Of a stretch of 64,000 bases of DNA, positions 1 through 13,300 are shown piece after piece. This DNA comes from Stylophora pistillata (lineage: Eukaryota). A program made the position numbers and the translations under genes. The stretch spans positions 844,122 through 908,121 of the forward strand of contig NW_019217832.1 in assembly GCF_002571385.2 (NCBI RefSeq), in the 5' to 3' direction. Each line of letters opens with the position of its first letter. Position 1 is the first letter of the stretch. The notes below the pieces were generated by a model that ran no database searches, was not told where the DNA came from, and saw only the letters and a program-made list of their open reading frames with translations.

Positions 1-1110
1 TTTTTTTTTTCAAAACTTTTGGTATAGTCTGATAGCCAGTCCTATAAGCTTTAATTTGATATAGGGGTTTAAATATCTAACATGAGTTTAAACCGGACGC
101 GCTACATCGCTTGCACGCGAGACACCCCTGAAGGTGCACGATAACCTGAAGTACTGAGGCGAACCAATCATTTCCTGCTATTTTCCCAAACATGTGGGTC
201 CGCGTGTAAAAAAGCATGAGCCTGTTTCGGTCTCCTAGTCAGCGGAGACGAGCAAATAAGATGCCGAGCCAGAAACGACCACTCAACTGCCTGGCATCGA
301 GAGCTTGCTACCGACCAAAAGCCTAGTACCAACAAAGACCCTAGTACCAAGAGCTTGGCCAATACGTGGTGAGCGATTGTATTTTCGACCCAAATGTTTG
401 ATTACTTCGACAAGTCCATTCACCCCTTACCCCCAAAGAGAATTCATATCGATTTGCGATATTCAGTTGTAATTTTAAATTGGGATCCCCAGGTTGCTCA
501 GAGAAAACTCCCAAAGAAAACGTCGGGCAACACGATAGCAAAGTCGTGTGCAAAAGCGAAAGATAAACATCTGGTCTCCGACGTTAGACCTCAGTTTTTA
601 ATCCACACTAGTTTATCTTCCTGTGAGAGCTTAAAAAAGTTATTAGGTCGTATCTCAACTGAGCACACAGACCAACTTTACTATGCTGGCTTAGTGCATT
701 ATACACGGCAAGTTACTCTTGTTTTTGTTTCAATACAAGAAATTATCATACGCAAAACAATCTTGGATTAACCTAGTCCCTTTATGTTCCTCCTGTTAGA
801 GTCTGGGAACTATTCTGTGAAGTGATGTCAGCAAATAGTCACTCGGTCGTAAGGGAGTCACGCTAAGAGTAAAATATTGCGTGATTTTGTGTCAGTCACG
901 ATAAGACTAAACACGAACTGTCACGGTAACAAAAAACCTTTCCTTTAAAATATTCAATCAACTTTGAAATTCTCCTTCAGATATCACGTAGAAAGGGAAA
1001 CGAGTAATGTAATAAAATTATGAATTCCTATTTGTACTCACAAGAACAATAACAAAAACGGCATGTTAAGTTTTTGAGTAACAAATTACTCTCTACAGAC
1101 GAAACAATTA

Positions 1111-2550
1111 CTAAAACCCAAAGATTGTCGACCAAACGATCACACAAAGCAACAGTCCGATGGACTTGGTGACCGCGCCTAGCTGACCCACTGGGGGACT
1201 GGCTGAAGCAGCCCTTACTTCTTTAAGCATCTTCTTCACAATATCCATGGAACCGTTATTCGGGCGAGGTTCAATTCCTAAGAGATCACACATCAGGGGA
1301 TAGAGATCCAGGATAGAAAAGGGCTCTATTTCGTAGCCCACTTTGAAGGCGGGTCCCTGCGCGTACAGAATGGAGTATGTCTTGGATTTTTGCGGTGGCC
1401 ATCCGTGATTTCCTCTTACCCAATCACCGTGGCGGGCTGTAGCATTCGATTTGTCCAAAACCCAGCCAACATCCGGTTGTACATAAATGGGCGGAATCCG
1501 TTTGTTGTGCTTCCAGTGATACTCCTCGGGAATATCGTCCTTTTTGTACACTTTCAGATGGGGATAGTTGTCTTTCGTCAAATTAGTGTAAATCTCCTCT
1601 AATTTTCCTTCGTTTGGCCATATGTGACCTATTGTTCCACTCTCGATAAGCCAATAAGTCGACGGATCGATGTACTTGTCCAAGAGGATCACCCGCTCTG
1701 ATGAAGTATTCACCATGTTATGATCACTGACGAAAATCAAGTTCACCTTGTCGATGAGAGATTCTTCCTTGAGCTTATCCAAGAGATGTCCAACAGCACC
1801 TTTGTCAACCTCTTCAATGGAGTCCTTGTACGCCTTGGAAAGCGCTCCGTCCGTATGACCCTTCCAATCGGGTGCATCGATGTACAGCGCCACAAAACGC
1901 GGTGGGTCCTCCGATTTTAACCAGCCGATGACACGGTCAACTCGGCGCGAATATTTCTCCGTTTCGTTGAAGAAATCGGGGTAGCAGTGTTCGTATGGAG
2001 GGAATTTCGCTCGGGTTTTGTTACGTAAGCTTAGTAGTTCTTTTCCAGTCAAAGCAGAGCAATTCAGTTTACAAATTGGCTTTCTGTAGAAGCTCGGCAT
2101 TTCTTTATAACCGCCAAATCCAGGCCAAAAGTAGACTCCACTTCGACCCTTGTTTACCTTCGATCGCTGCAGGGTCAGCCATATTGGTTCCGCCTCGGTG
2201 TAGAATTTCGGATCGAAATTGCTGCAGTCGTACTCATAGATAAACTGTTCTTTAAACACTGGATCCCAAAAGGTGTTAGAAACGATTCCTTGGCTTTCAG
2301 GGTACAAACCAGTGAAAAAAGATTGATGCGTTGGCCAAGTTTTCCCGGGAACGACTGTTTTGATGTACTTGGCTTTCACTCCACTTTTTGCAACTCTGTC
2401 GAGGTTTGAAGTGTTGGCGAATGCTCCGCTGATCAAGTTCCACGGCATTCCATCCATGGAAACTAGAACCACCGTCTGAGGCTCTTTTGCGTTATTTGCG
2501 TGGAGAAGCAGCATCACAAAAAATACGGCAAAAGGCCAGAACGAAGCCAT
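1111..2550 (-). CDS. Ectonucleotide pyrophosphatase/phosphodiesterase (ENPP4-7-like), intronless, 479 aa
   Basis: Signal peptide; motifs VSMDG, PGKTWPTH (catalytic Thr), GLYPESQGIVSN, YFWPG, PDWKGH, SDH, HGW, QGPAFK, DLYPLMCDLLGI; hydrophobic C-terminus (TM or GPI signal). Confidence 0.95.
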   Translation of the reverse strand: MASFWPFAVFFVMLLLHANNAKEPQTVVLVSMDGMPWNLISGAFANTSNLDRVAKSGVKAKYIKTVVPGKTWPTHQSFFTGLYPESQGIVSNTFWDPVFKEQFIYEYDCSNFDPKFYTEAEPIWLTLQRSKVNKGRSGVYFWPGFGGYKEMPSFYRKPICKLNCSALTGKELLSLRNKTRAKFPPYEHCYPDFFNETEKYSRRVDRVIGWLKSEDPPRFVALYIDAPDWKGHTDGALSKAYKDSIEEVDKGAVGHLLDKLKEESLIDKVNLIFVSDHNMVNTSSERVILLDKYIDPSTYWLIESGTIGHIWPNEGKLEEIYTNLTKDNYPHLKVYKKDDIPEEYHWKHNKRIPPIYVQPDVGWVLDKSNATARHGDWVRGNHGWPPQKSKTYSILYAQGPAFKVGYEIEPFSILDLYPLMCDLLGIEPRPNNGSMDIVKKMLKEVRAASASPPVGQLGAVTKSIGLLLCVIVWSTIFGF

Positions 2551-3581
2551 TTATGTTTGTTTTCGTAACTGTTGTTTCTGCACTCAAGCAACAGACCCAG
2601 GTAGGTGCTGATTCTTTCGGCAGATTACGGCTTTTACGAATCGTTGACATCCGTCTTCATACCATCAAAAACAAAATACTTGATTGGATTTTGGCTTCCT
2701 AGGGTGACAGGTCATTTGATTGTTGTACTTTCTATTTAAATTAGGAGATGTTTCAATCTCACGGCTTTGCCTTATTTTAAATTACGATCATCGCTGTCAA
2801 AAATTACAACAACAACTAAAAAAAATATATAAAAACGGGGTAATGTCATGTGCTGAGCTGAATTGCTTTGTCACGCTAGAAGACAGCGAAGACACTGATC
2901 AATTTTCAAAAAATGTAACACTGTATCATTTATTTTCTTGCACTTCGCGGAAAAAAAAACGCTAATCTGGTATCGCCGTGTTTCCATAACCGGACAAGTG
3001 CAAAAACAGCGTGCTTTGAGGAAACGTGCTATAAATTTGAAACAAAAGGCGTGATGTTGAAAAACAGAGCTTGCATTCAAATCAATTGTGAATTGACAAA
3101 TTGACGAAAAGCGGCCTCTAACAGCATGGGATATACAAATAAATTTCTATAGTTTAGTGGAGAACAAAAACAAATAAGAAAAGAAGTACTTTCTGTAAGT
3201 TCACATTCTAATCCATTGAAAATAGTTTGAAAGGAAAAAATAACGGTAAAAAAAAAAAAAAAGAGAAAAGGTCCAGTCCTCGTTTAGGAATCGATCTCGT
3301 GACTTTTGCCAACCCTAGCAACAGTTCCGCACAACATATGAAGAAGTAAGAAAATGATAACAGCTTGAGATACACAGCACAGATCCATTACTTGACGAGT
3401 GATTAGAAGCAACTTAAAAAGGAAATTGGCAGTTAAATTTTCTTTTAAGAACGCAATTGGTAAAACAAGCTTAAGAAGTCTTGAGCGGCATTCAAAGTCA
3501 TGTCTTGAGCTTTTAATACCGCATTGTCTCTCCTGGTCCTAGATGACCACTTGTGAACCCCGTGTTGAAAACAAAGAGGTT

Positions 3582-3807
3582 TGCAATAATCCTTTTTACA
3601 GTTGTGGGCTTGGTGCCAAGCCTTTGAACAGGAGTGGGGTTAAGGGTGACCTTGTTATGATAGAGATGTTGCTACTTTTCAAATGCAAATTTCTTTGATA
3701 TCATGCTAACTAGATACAGGTCTCTATCACAACAGGGTCACCCTTAGCCTCACTCCTGTTCAAAGGCTTGGCCACCAAGCCCACAACTGTAAAAAGGGCT
3801 ATTGCAA
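3582..3807. mobile_element. MITE with ~85-bp terminal inverted repeats
   Basis: TTGCAATAATCCTTTTTACAGTTGTGGGCTTGG... / ...CCAAGCCCACAACTGTAAAAAGGGCTATTGCAA. Confidence 0.75.
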
Positions 3808-5016
3808 GTCATCGATAGTTTATAAAGGAAATGAAACAACGAGAGACAAAGGAAATAAATTCTCTGTCTGAACACTGAATAGAAACAAAGTAAACAAGAG
3901 GAGAGAGAAGAGGAATATTCACAAAGACAATTGTGGGCAATCAATTTTCCGCGAGGAAGTAAAATAAGGCGATGAGTTGCTAACAATCGACAACGACAAC
4001 AACAAACGCACTGTTATTAACATTATCAACAATTTGCAATATCAGCGTCAGAAAAAGCTGATACCGAAGGATTTGATGACTACCTTGAAATAACTATGAT
4101 GAATTCACTCTTTTTAGCCAGATCAAAAATTATATTTGTGACTCGAGAAAACCACCAAAAAATGTTCTCCACAACTAAACAAAGGAAAAGCCTTCGTACA
4201 CCCGAAAGAGCGCCCGTTTTACATTGAATAAGTTAGCGGCTACTGCCTCCCATACGAGTGTGTTGTAATTCCGAGAATAAGCGCCGGTTTAGTGGGCCAA
4301 AATTTCAAATAGGCTTCCTCTCGAATAAACGCCCCCTCCTCTCCTTCGGTTTTTTACAGACCAGTGATGAAGTTCAGTCGCCGATATCAATATTGCAATA
4401 GGAGATTTGAATATTTTGCACCTTACTCTCTTGAAGTTTGTGAACATATTACCACTGTGATCCTACGAAAAAGTTTTCCATTAAAGAATAGTTTCAAGAC
4501 GAAGGGCTTGCTATACTTAAAACGTCATTACATATAATCTTCTATTTTCAGCACTTCTTTTTGTTCTTGTTTAACAATAAACCATCGCTATAACACGAAA
4601 GCATCCCAAAAACCCGTACAAAAAACTTCTACATGAGATTTTCTTACTTCAGTCGTCATCTCTGCTTCAAAATAAAGGATTGAGACATGATGATCCGATG
4701 AAAGAATAATGAAATCCGATGAAAGAATAACTTTTATCGTAAACTAGAAATCTCTTCAGAGACAACTTTTAAAAAGATGCTTACGCAAGGCTCAGATTAA
4801 CGTGGGTGTCGCCGATGACGTCAACTATCTACAACGGGTGTCTAAACAGGAATATCGTGATTTTAGTCCTTTTGTGTCTGTGTGCCCTGGGTATGATTTT
4901 GCTTTGGTCTATTTTATTTTGATCTATTTTGTGACAAGGCTGTGGCTCCTCTTAGAAATACCCCAGGTCTTCCGTCATTTCGTTGAATAACAATAATCTT
5001 TATTCCCTTTATAACA

Positions 5017-5371
5017 TAGCGAACATAGTACGCATCGCCTGATTGATCAATATCATGCTTTATACATACACATTGCTCATTGTGCCTGTGTGCGTACATG
5101 CGTATGTATGTACGTGCGTGTGTACACACGTACGCACGCACATACATCAGTCTCCCCAATTAGTAGAGCAACTTGGCGCTCAGCTATAAACGACTTGAGA
5201 TTTAAATAATGTAATCTATTTATCGATATGCACGTACGCACGTGCGCACATACGCACGCACGTACGTGCGCACATACACACATATTACGAATAATGTGCA
5301 TGATCTATGTATGTGTAGGTATGTATAAAGCATGATATTGACCAATCAGGCGATGCATACTATGTTCGCTA
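5017..5371. repeat. 53-bp inverted repeat enclosing alternating purine-pyrimidine tracts
   Basis: Arms 5017-5069 and 5319-5371 differ at 2 positions. Confidence 0.85.
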
Positions 5372-6252
5372 AATTTGCGAAGTGAGCAAGACAATGATGG
5401 AACAGAGGAACGTTGGATTGACCGATCGGCGGAATGGCGGAATGAGTAAATTAATATCAATGTCTCAAAAACTGGAATTGCAGTAAAATAAAAAAAAAAA
5501 ACGTTCCAAATAACAGGCGAAATTAAAAGACGCGTAGGTAATCATTGTTGGAGCCAAGAGATAGGGGAACCATGAGGCTTTCGAGCTATCTCTACCATTG
5601 TTATCATTATCATTGTAAATAATATTATGTGAGGCAAATATTCTGCAACACTACCTCATTATGGTTTTTTTCAGTCGATGTCGTCAAAGAATCCATGGAG
5701 AAGTTCTGAATATTTTCGAAAACGTTCCGACTACATTTATTAGTGGGTAACCTGTGGAGTTGACGCAGACACACCTTCGGCGCTCTGCCTGCTGCAACCG
5801 AATGTTTCGGCTTACTATCATTCGTATGGACTTTTCAAGTTCTTACGTTCATTCAAACTTATTTTAGCCGCACGTTTATGAAAAAAAAAGTTTCAGGTAG
5901 GGTTGTGATAGCACAGTCTAATTTTTCTGGCAAGCATAGAAAAAAAACACTCGGCAGATTTAAGCTGGAGTGAAATCAGCGTTTTCGATCCGTGCGCGTG
6001 AGGATCACGGCGAAAACGCAGAGTCGGTAGGTACCATCGAACAAGACACTTTGTTATGAAGAATAAATGAATTTGAGCATCGTGCGCGAATAGGGTGACT
6101 CGCCAGTAAGGAGATCGATGTCGCGCTTTTCCACCCCAAGACGCAGCAAGCTGGCTATGTTGGTTGTAACATTAAAAAAAATCATAACTCCATTAGACAT
6201 GTCTGAATTTTTGGCAAATAATGACCATTGGATCCTGTAACTGTGTACCTAA

Positions 6253-8106
6253 GGCCCGGTTCAAACGTTGAATTTCACATGTACCGAAGTTAAATGCATG
6301 TGAAGTGCGACGTTTGAATCAATTAAATTCGACTTTCGCCGTATCTGCGACTGAAACAGTCGAAGATTCCACTTTGGTTCGACTTTTGATTCAAACGTCG
6401 CATCTCACATGTGCCGAAGTTAATGCACGAATTATAGGAAATTATTATGACTCATTTATTACCCACAACTCGCCAGGAATTCTGTGAATGCCATGCGCAA
6501 AAAGCCAAAACAGCACAAAAAAATGGTGAGAGACAAAGGAATTTGTAGTTTTGCTTTGCAAACACAAATTATAGTTGTTTGACGTGCGTTAATTTACTTT
6601 TGTAGGAGGTGTTCGGTTTTTGAAACGAAGAGGGCACTCCTGAGTGGAAAGTAGGGAAATCTGTGGCATATTGTGGGTCGTGTTTCATGGAATGATGAAA
6701 CGTGAATCAAGTTAAAGTATCCTGTCGAAAAGCCAACATGACGAAACAAAAACAAACGGTAAAGCAATTAATTAAGCAAACGCTCAATAGAAGTCTTCGT
6801 GTAACAAACAAGTAGTGCNNNNNNNNNNNNNNNNNNNNNNNNNNNNNNNNNNNNNNNNNNNNNNNNNNNNNNNNNNNNNNNNNNNNNNNNNNNNNNNNNN
6901 NNNNNNNNNNNNNNNNNNNNNNNNNNNNNNNNNNNNNNNNNNNNNNNNNNNNNNNNNNNNNNNNNNNNNNNNNNNNNNNNNNNNNNNNNNNNNNNNNNNN
7001 NNNNNNNNNNNNNNNNNNNNNNNNNNNNNNNNNNNNNNNNNNNNNNNNNNNNNNNNNNNNNNNNNNNNNNNNNNNNNNNNNNNNNNNNNNNNNNNNNNNN
7101 NNNNNNNNNNNNNNNNNNNNNNNNNNNNNNNNNNNNNNNNNNNNNNNNNNNNNNNNNNNNNNNNNNNNNNNNNNNNNNNNNNNNNNNNNNNNNNNNNNNN
7201 NNNNNNNNNNNNNNNNNNNNNNNNNNNNNNNNNNNNNNNNNNNNNNNNNNNNNNGGGGGGAAGGTAAATTTTACCCCGACACAGAAAAACTTTTCCGACT
7301 CCCCCCCGCTCCAATAATAAATCATAACTGTCCCTAAGCCAACATTTTTCTCTTCGTAAAATTAGGACAGCAGCAGACCAGCAGATTGGTAAAAAAATAA
7401 AAGGTCGAACCATTAGACAGATGGTTTTTCTAACTACAATGACAACATCGCATGCACATACACACATACACACATACATACATACAGACAGACATACATA
7501 CATACAGACAGACAGACATACAGACATACATACATACATACATAGGTTAATTGACCCTCCCCATAGGGGCTTTTCAGGGCCAACACTCACCCATCTCACC
7601 CAAAGGAAGGACATCCACCACACAGTAATCTCGTGCGTGGGGAATTAACGTCTCCTACCCCTAACCCTGCAGGAGACGGGGCCTACGGTTTATTCGTCCT
7701 TATCCGAGAAGACTAGAATATCTATCCATTTCTTGATTATAGAAAGGTAGCAAATTCTCCACACTTATTTTAAGACCATGGGTATTGGTCCGACCGGGCC
7801 TCGAACCCTCGATCTCCGCACAACACAATCCGGCGCTAACCAACGTGGATCAAGTCAAAGTATCCTGACGAAAAGCCAAGATGACGAAGCAAAAACAAAC
7901 AGCAAAACAAGAGCATCAGTAAAGCAATTAAGCAAACGCTCAATAGACGTCTTCATCTAGCAAATAAGTAGTGCGCCTGGGAATATTGACAGCGAACAGA
8001 GTTAAATTCGACGTTTGAATCAAATGCCGTATTTAACTATTTAACGTATATGAGAATGATCCTTCGCAGTTCGGCACATGCGAAGTTCGACGTTTTGAAC
8101 TGGGCC
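6253..8106. mobile_element. PIF/Harbinger-like non-autonomous element (spans gap; may be two copies)
   Basis: TIR GGCCCGGTTCAAACG / GAACTGGGCC; TAA/TTA flanks; internal sequence matches 57000-57723. Confidence 0.65.
7455..7843 (-). mobile_element. tRNA-derived SINE, family A, copy 4 (5'-truncated) with (TATG/TCTG)n tail
   Basis: Reverse complement of the same body; tail CCCTGAAAAGCCCCTATGGGGAGGGTCAATTAA followed by a microsatellite. Confidence 0.8.
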
Positions 8107-8517
8107 TTAACTCGATGCCCTAAGATTTGTCACTGTTTATTTTTCTGTACTGGATTAGCTACGCATTTCTCTCTATTTCTCAAATAGATTCCATTTTCCG
8201 TAGGTCTGTACAGTCACAAGTCACAAAGCAAGTCAAAATGTGGTAAGAATATCAGTGACACAGTCGATAGAAAACTGCTCTAAATAAAATTACTTCGCGA
8301 TATTTAGTTTATTGTGGAGAAATAAAAAATTTCGAGAGGCTTTCAGACGTTCGTGATTTCTTGTTATGTTAGGCGAATAAAAGAGTTCAGACATATGTCA
8401 AGGGCTATTGATGTTGTTGTTGTTGTCTTTTTTTAACCATTAATAATTTATCCATTGTTCTATTCTCGAAAAAATTCTGGATGTCCACGGTGCATTTAGC
8501 CGAAACCCAAGTCCAAG

Positions 8518-9995
8518 ATGAGGAAAACGGATGCAATTCATGTTCTTCTGCGGGTAACTTGTCTCGTTCTCGTCTCCAGACCCCACCTCGTCGAGACAAA
8601 AAGAGCCTTCCAACCAAAAGAAACGGTAATTTTGGTTTCTATGGATGGCTTGGGTTGGCAGTTTATCAGCGGTCAATTTGCAGACACTCCTCATCTCGAC
8701 GAGGTCGGCCGGGAGGGCGTGCGAGCAAAACATCTCTTCAATGTGGTTCCGACCAAAACCTGGCCAAACCACCACTCTTACATCACAGGACTTTACCCAG
8801 AGAGCCACGGGATTGTCTCAAATAAGTTCTGGGATCCTGTTTATCAAGAAAAACTCATTTATGATTATGGCTGTTCAGACCACGACCCGAAGTTCTAAAA
8901 CGCTTCTGAACCAATCTGTTAACGCTACAAAAGCAAGGTGGAAGTAGCGGGGTTTATTTCTGGCCAGGGAGCCGTGGTTATCACGAAAAACCCATTTTCT
9001 ACGAGAAGCCTTTTTGTAAAGTCGATTGCAACACGATTGACCCAAAAGAACTTCCGAAATACCGTAACAGAACGTATCCATCGTGGCTGGGTTATAAATA
9101 CATTCATTGTGTCTTCAATTACACGGAACCTTCCCAGAGCAGAATAGATAAAATTATCAACTGGCTCAAATCGGACGAACCACCGCAGTTTGTAGCCCTG
9201 TACATCGATCACCCGGACTGGGAGGGGCACGAATATGGAAGCCATTCTAATGAATACAAACAAGCTATTGAAAAAGTCGATCGCGATGTTGTAGGTTATT
9301 TCGTTGATCGATTGCGTGACGAAGAGCTAACAGAAACAGTCAACTTGATCGTCGTCAGTGACCACGGCTTCAACAACATTTCTTCGGAGCGACTCATTAT
9401 TCTCGACGATTACATCGATCGGTCCACGTACATGTTGACGGAATCTGGGGCACTCGGACACATTTGGCCGAAAGATGGTAAACTGGACGAAATTTACGAC
9501 AACCTCACCAAAGCCAAAAACCCGCACGTGACAGTTTACAAAAAGGAAGACATCCCAGAGGAGTACCACTGGAAACACAATCGCCGCATCCCTCCCATAT
9601 TTATCAACCCCGAAGTGAGTTGGGATATCGAGCAGTCCCGCGGGAACACTAGCGTGTCCTGGGTTTACGGGACACACGCCTGGCCGCCAAACGAGAGTCG
9701 CAGCTATCCAATTTTCTTTGCCCGTGGTCCCGCATTTAAAAAGGATTTCGAAATTGCGCCCTTCAAGATACTCGATCTCTACCCTCTGATGTGTCACCTC
9801 CTTGGAATTGTACCTCAACCAAACAATGGCTCAATGAAAAATGTGATGCCTCTTCTTCTGCAAGACCCTACCGACCCACCAACCACAGGTCTACCCCTAA
9901 TCACTAGTCAAGCGGAAGTGACCATGCAGCGACTTCCGGTTTTAATGGCTGCATCTACTTGCTTGCTAATTCTTATCTTGGGAACTTTCCAGTAA
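8518..9995 (+). pseudogene. Disrupted ENPP paralog (nonsense plus frameshift)
   Basis: Colinear with 1111-2550 (VSMDG, PTKTWPNH, YFWPG, PDWEGH, SDHG, HAW, RGPAFK). TAA at 8896-8898 replaces Tyr of DPKFY. A 1-bp loss at 8917-8918 (TG instead of TGG, EPIW) shifts the frame, which then runs open from 8919 to 9995. Confidence 0.85.
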
Positions 9996-10343
9996 GCTTA
10001 ATTTTTTCCCAGAAAATTCAAGAAAGGTCCTTCTTAGTAAGGGGGGCATAAACTTTTTTTTAGGAAACACATAAACATACACTCTCCATTAAATAGAGTT
10101 GTATTAGTTTCTGTTTTAATTGCTGTAGGTTTTCAAACAAAGGTATGAAAACTGTGTAAGGTATTCACTAATTCTGAGTGACAGTCTAGAAGAAAAACAG
10201 TAACTTTTACCAGGGCCTTCAATAAACTTTTCATGAACACCCCCTTTCTCTAATGTCAGAATGCCACTCTAGCTGAGAATAACACTAGATACATGTCCTA
10301 AAGGGTAAAATTATCACTCGCAAACTAAATACATTTGCATTCT

Positions 10344-13300
10344 CTACCACTTCAGCATTGGGTTATCTTTGTATCTCTCATAATCTTCTTTCTTGAAAAA
10401 AGATATTTCCGTTTCATGTCCTGTGAGGAAATCAAATGATTTTATGGTTGTGAACAAGGTGAAATTAACTGCAGTATGTCATTTTTACCCTTCTCCTACA
10501 GTTACATTTAACAGTTTTAACTTTTTGATGAATAGACCCAGTAAATTCATTGTGTCTTTAAATTTGACAACAAATGAACAGAAAACCAATATGTTAAGTG
10601 ACAGTTAAATTTCAATATAAACTATACCATCATCAGACTGAAAATACATACAAAATTAGGAGCTTAAATAGTTACAAAAGGTATACTCAAGAGAACAGGC
10701 AAAGTTCTCTGCTGGCACGTTATTGGTTTATCACCTGTTGACCTCTACAAGTGACCAGAATCCAATTTCTCCTTACAATATCGCTTCTAGATCACACATT
10801 AAGGTCACCAGAATAAAGGAAATGATCATCAACTGAAGGAGATCGTTATTGTTAAACAAATTCTCCTTGTCAGCACCTAAGAAAATGTATAGAGAACAGT
10901 ATGGAGAATATGTATTCTGATGTTTGGTTATAAAAGGTCAACCCTGAGAACTAAACCACTGCAGCAGTTTCACCAATGTTTTACTGGGGAGGGGTCTGGG
11001 TAGATTTGCCAGGGCATTGCCAAGTACTTTCACTTAATTTGTCACTCAACATTACTGATGCTTTGGAAACCAGGATAAGTAAACATATAGTGTGGGAAAC
11101 ATACCAATTCCATTCTCTGAAAGACTGCAGTCGTGTCTTAGCATAAGCATCTCATCATTCTCTGTGTTGATCACTGGATCACTTGTCTAGAAAATGAATT
11201 TGTGTGACTCTCATTAACCCTTCAACTACCAAGATCTGATTGTTAATTCTTTCCTCTAGCTGCTACACATTTCCTTGCAAATTGGTTATGAGAATTTGGT
11301 GTTAGATCAGGATAACAACTTCTACCTAATAATTCTGGGTACTCTCATGACCTTTTTGCTGGATAATAAATGGATAGAATAGAGCTATCCATTGAGCTAA
11401 CTGCCTCCCGGTTAGCTCAATGGATAGAGCGCTGGACTGTTGCGTGGGAGGTCAAGGGTTCGAGCCCCAGCCAGACCAACACTCAGGGTCTTAAAATAAT
11501 TGAGAAGAATTTGCTACCTTTCTATAACATCAAGAACTGGTTAGATATTCTAGTCTTCTCAGATAGGGACGAATAAATGGAGGTCCCGTCTCCTGCAGGG
11601 TTGGGGTAGGAGACGTTAATTTCCCACACACGAGATTACTGTGTGATGGATGTCCTCCCCTGGGGTGGGATGGGTGGGAGGGTGGACTAGCATGAATGGT
11701 TCCTATGTTCCTTTCTAGTCCTTCCCCACAGCAAAACTTAATGCAGTGAAAATGGACTAAATTAAATTAAATGAGCCATGCGGATTGTTTTTCCATTTGT
11801 TCCATATAGCGACGCATTAAATCAAGCTAACTTGGAGACGCTCTCCCAACCCAGGCAGTCTATCACAACTAAGCTTTTTGATTCCATCACTTGTAACTCA
11901 GACCATATACTGTATAAGCTCTTGCCTCCTCATAACAACTATGAACTCAATCTGAGACGAAAGAAGAAATTTAATGTTCCTCTGGCTAAGACGAAGAGAC
12001 TCATGAACACATTTATATATAGTAATTGTAGTTAACTTGTGTACATTTTTCTTATATTTTTCTCATACTTTTATTAGATTTTACTATTGTAACAATTAAT
12101 CTAATTCAGCTTATGGCTGCGATTTTAATCAGAATAAACTATCTATCTATCTAGTATAGGGAGAGGTAACTTGTTTGTTAAAAGGGGTTAACTACCTTAT
12201 CTTTGCTCTCTAGTTACCCACATTAAGGTCAGTCTAACAGAGACACACATCACTATGCAAAACTTGACCCACCTTAGCACCATGGGCCTTATGCTGAATT
12301 TTCATAGTGTCTGTTAAAGTTGTTGAAAGAAGATTAAAAAAAACTTGGTATAAGAAAATGTATATTTTCAATATTAGGTCTACTGAAATAACAGTCAAAA
12401 TAATCATTGAAACAATTGGAAATTTCCCCCAACCTTTGCATTAAATGAGCTGACATAACACAAAAAATAAAATTACGATGAGAACATCAAGGAAAGGGGT
12501 TTCATTAACGTTTTCAGCAGGAGGGCAACTGGTTTTCACAGGCGGGCAAAACTTTTTGAACTGAACTTCTCTATATGATAAACTTTCCTCCAGATTGTCA
12601 GACCAGGAGGGCAAAACCATCCTCAAGAACTGGTAAATTTGCCTGGTGCCCAGGCCCTTAATGAAACCCCAACAACGAAGTGGCAAAGATCCATGAAAAA
12701 TTTTAGTGCAATGGAGGTGTAGGGGTGAATTTTCAGTGAATTAGATCACTATTTGGTCCCTTGTTCTGAACTTAATTGTGATTGGGTAGTACACAATTGA
12801 CCCTTAAGAATAAAATAAAAGTGACTGTGTTAATGGTTTTCTGAATGTCAGGGTAAATGAGAACTTTTTAAATAAGGGTCATGCAATGTTATTTTATTTA
12901 GTGGAATCAATTACTTGTAGTATTACGAGAAGAATTATTGCAGCAACAGACCATATGCAAAGGTCCTGAATGGAAGGGGCACATCAGGTCTTTTCTTTAT
13001 CTCTGTTAAAATGAGCACAAATTCTAATTACTAAATGGAATTCACAGAACATAAAGCAAAGGGTAGAAAACAAAAAGGAATTTCACTCCCAGGTTATGCC
13101 CTTAGACTCCTTCATGTATAATGACAATTTCATGGGCATAAATCCTCCTTGAGAGCAGAATTTCCACTTTGCAAAGTTATGCTTAAATATTTTTGGAGCA
13201 AGATTTCAGTTCAAATTGGGCAAACTTAAGCTGTTCTTCCGGTTCACTGACTCTTAGTTGTACGTGTCTGAATTAAGTAGCGAAAAAGAGAAAACAAAAA

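Noticed and set aside
168-771. ORFs at the window start
   Set aside because: No recognisable domain or splice structure; possibly a decayed repeat.
3248-3325. Degenerate B-box-like sequence beside a poly(A) run
   Set aside because: Too decayed to call as tRNA or SINE.
6768-7623. Long ORFs of X residues and the MYVC/HTYI-repeat ORFs
   Set aside because: Artefacts of the N-gap and the (ACAT/ACAG)n SINE tail; likewise 32448-32783.
8896-8898. Programmed readthrough or selenocysteine in the second ENPP
   Set aside because: The stop is TAA, not TGA, and is followed by a frameshift without a slippery site.
11403-11475. tRNA gene candidates (also 36890, 43790, 60667)
   Set aside because: A/B boxes are present, but there is no intact acceptor stem and each continues into a shared SINE body.
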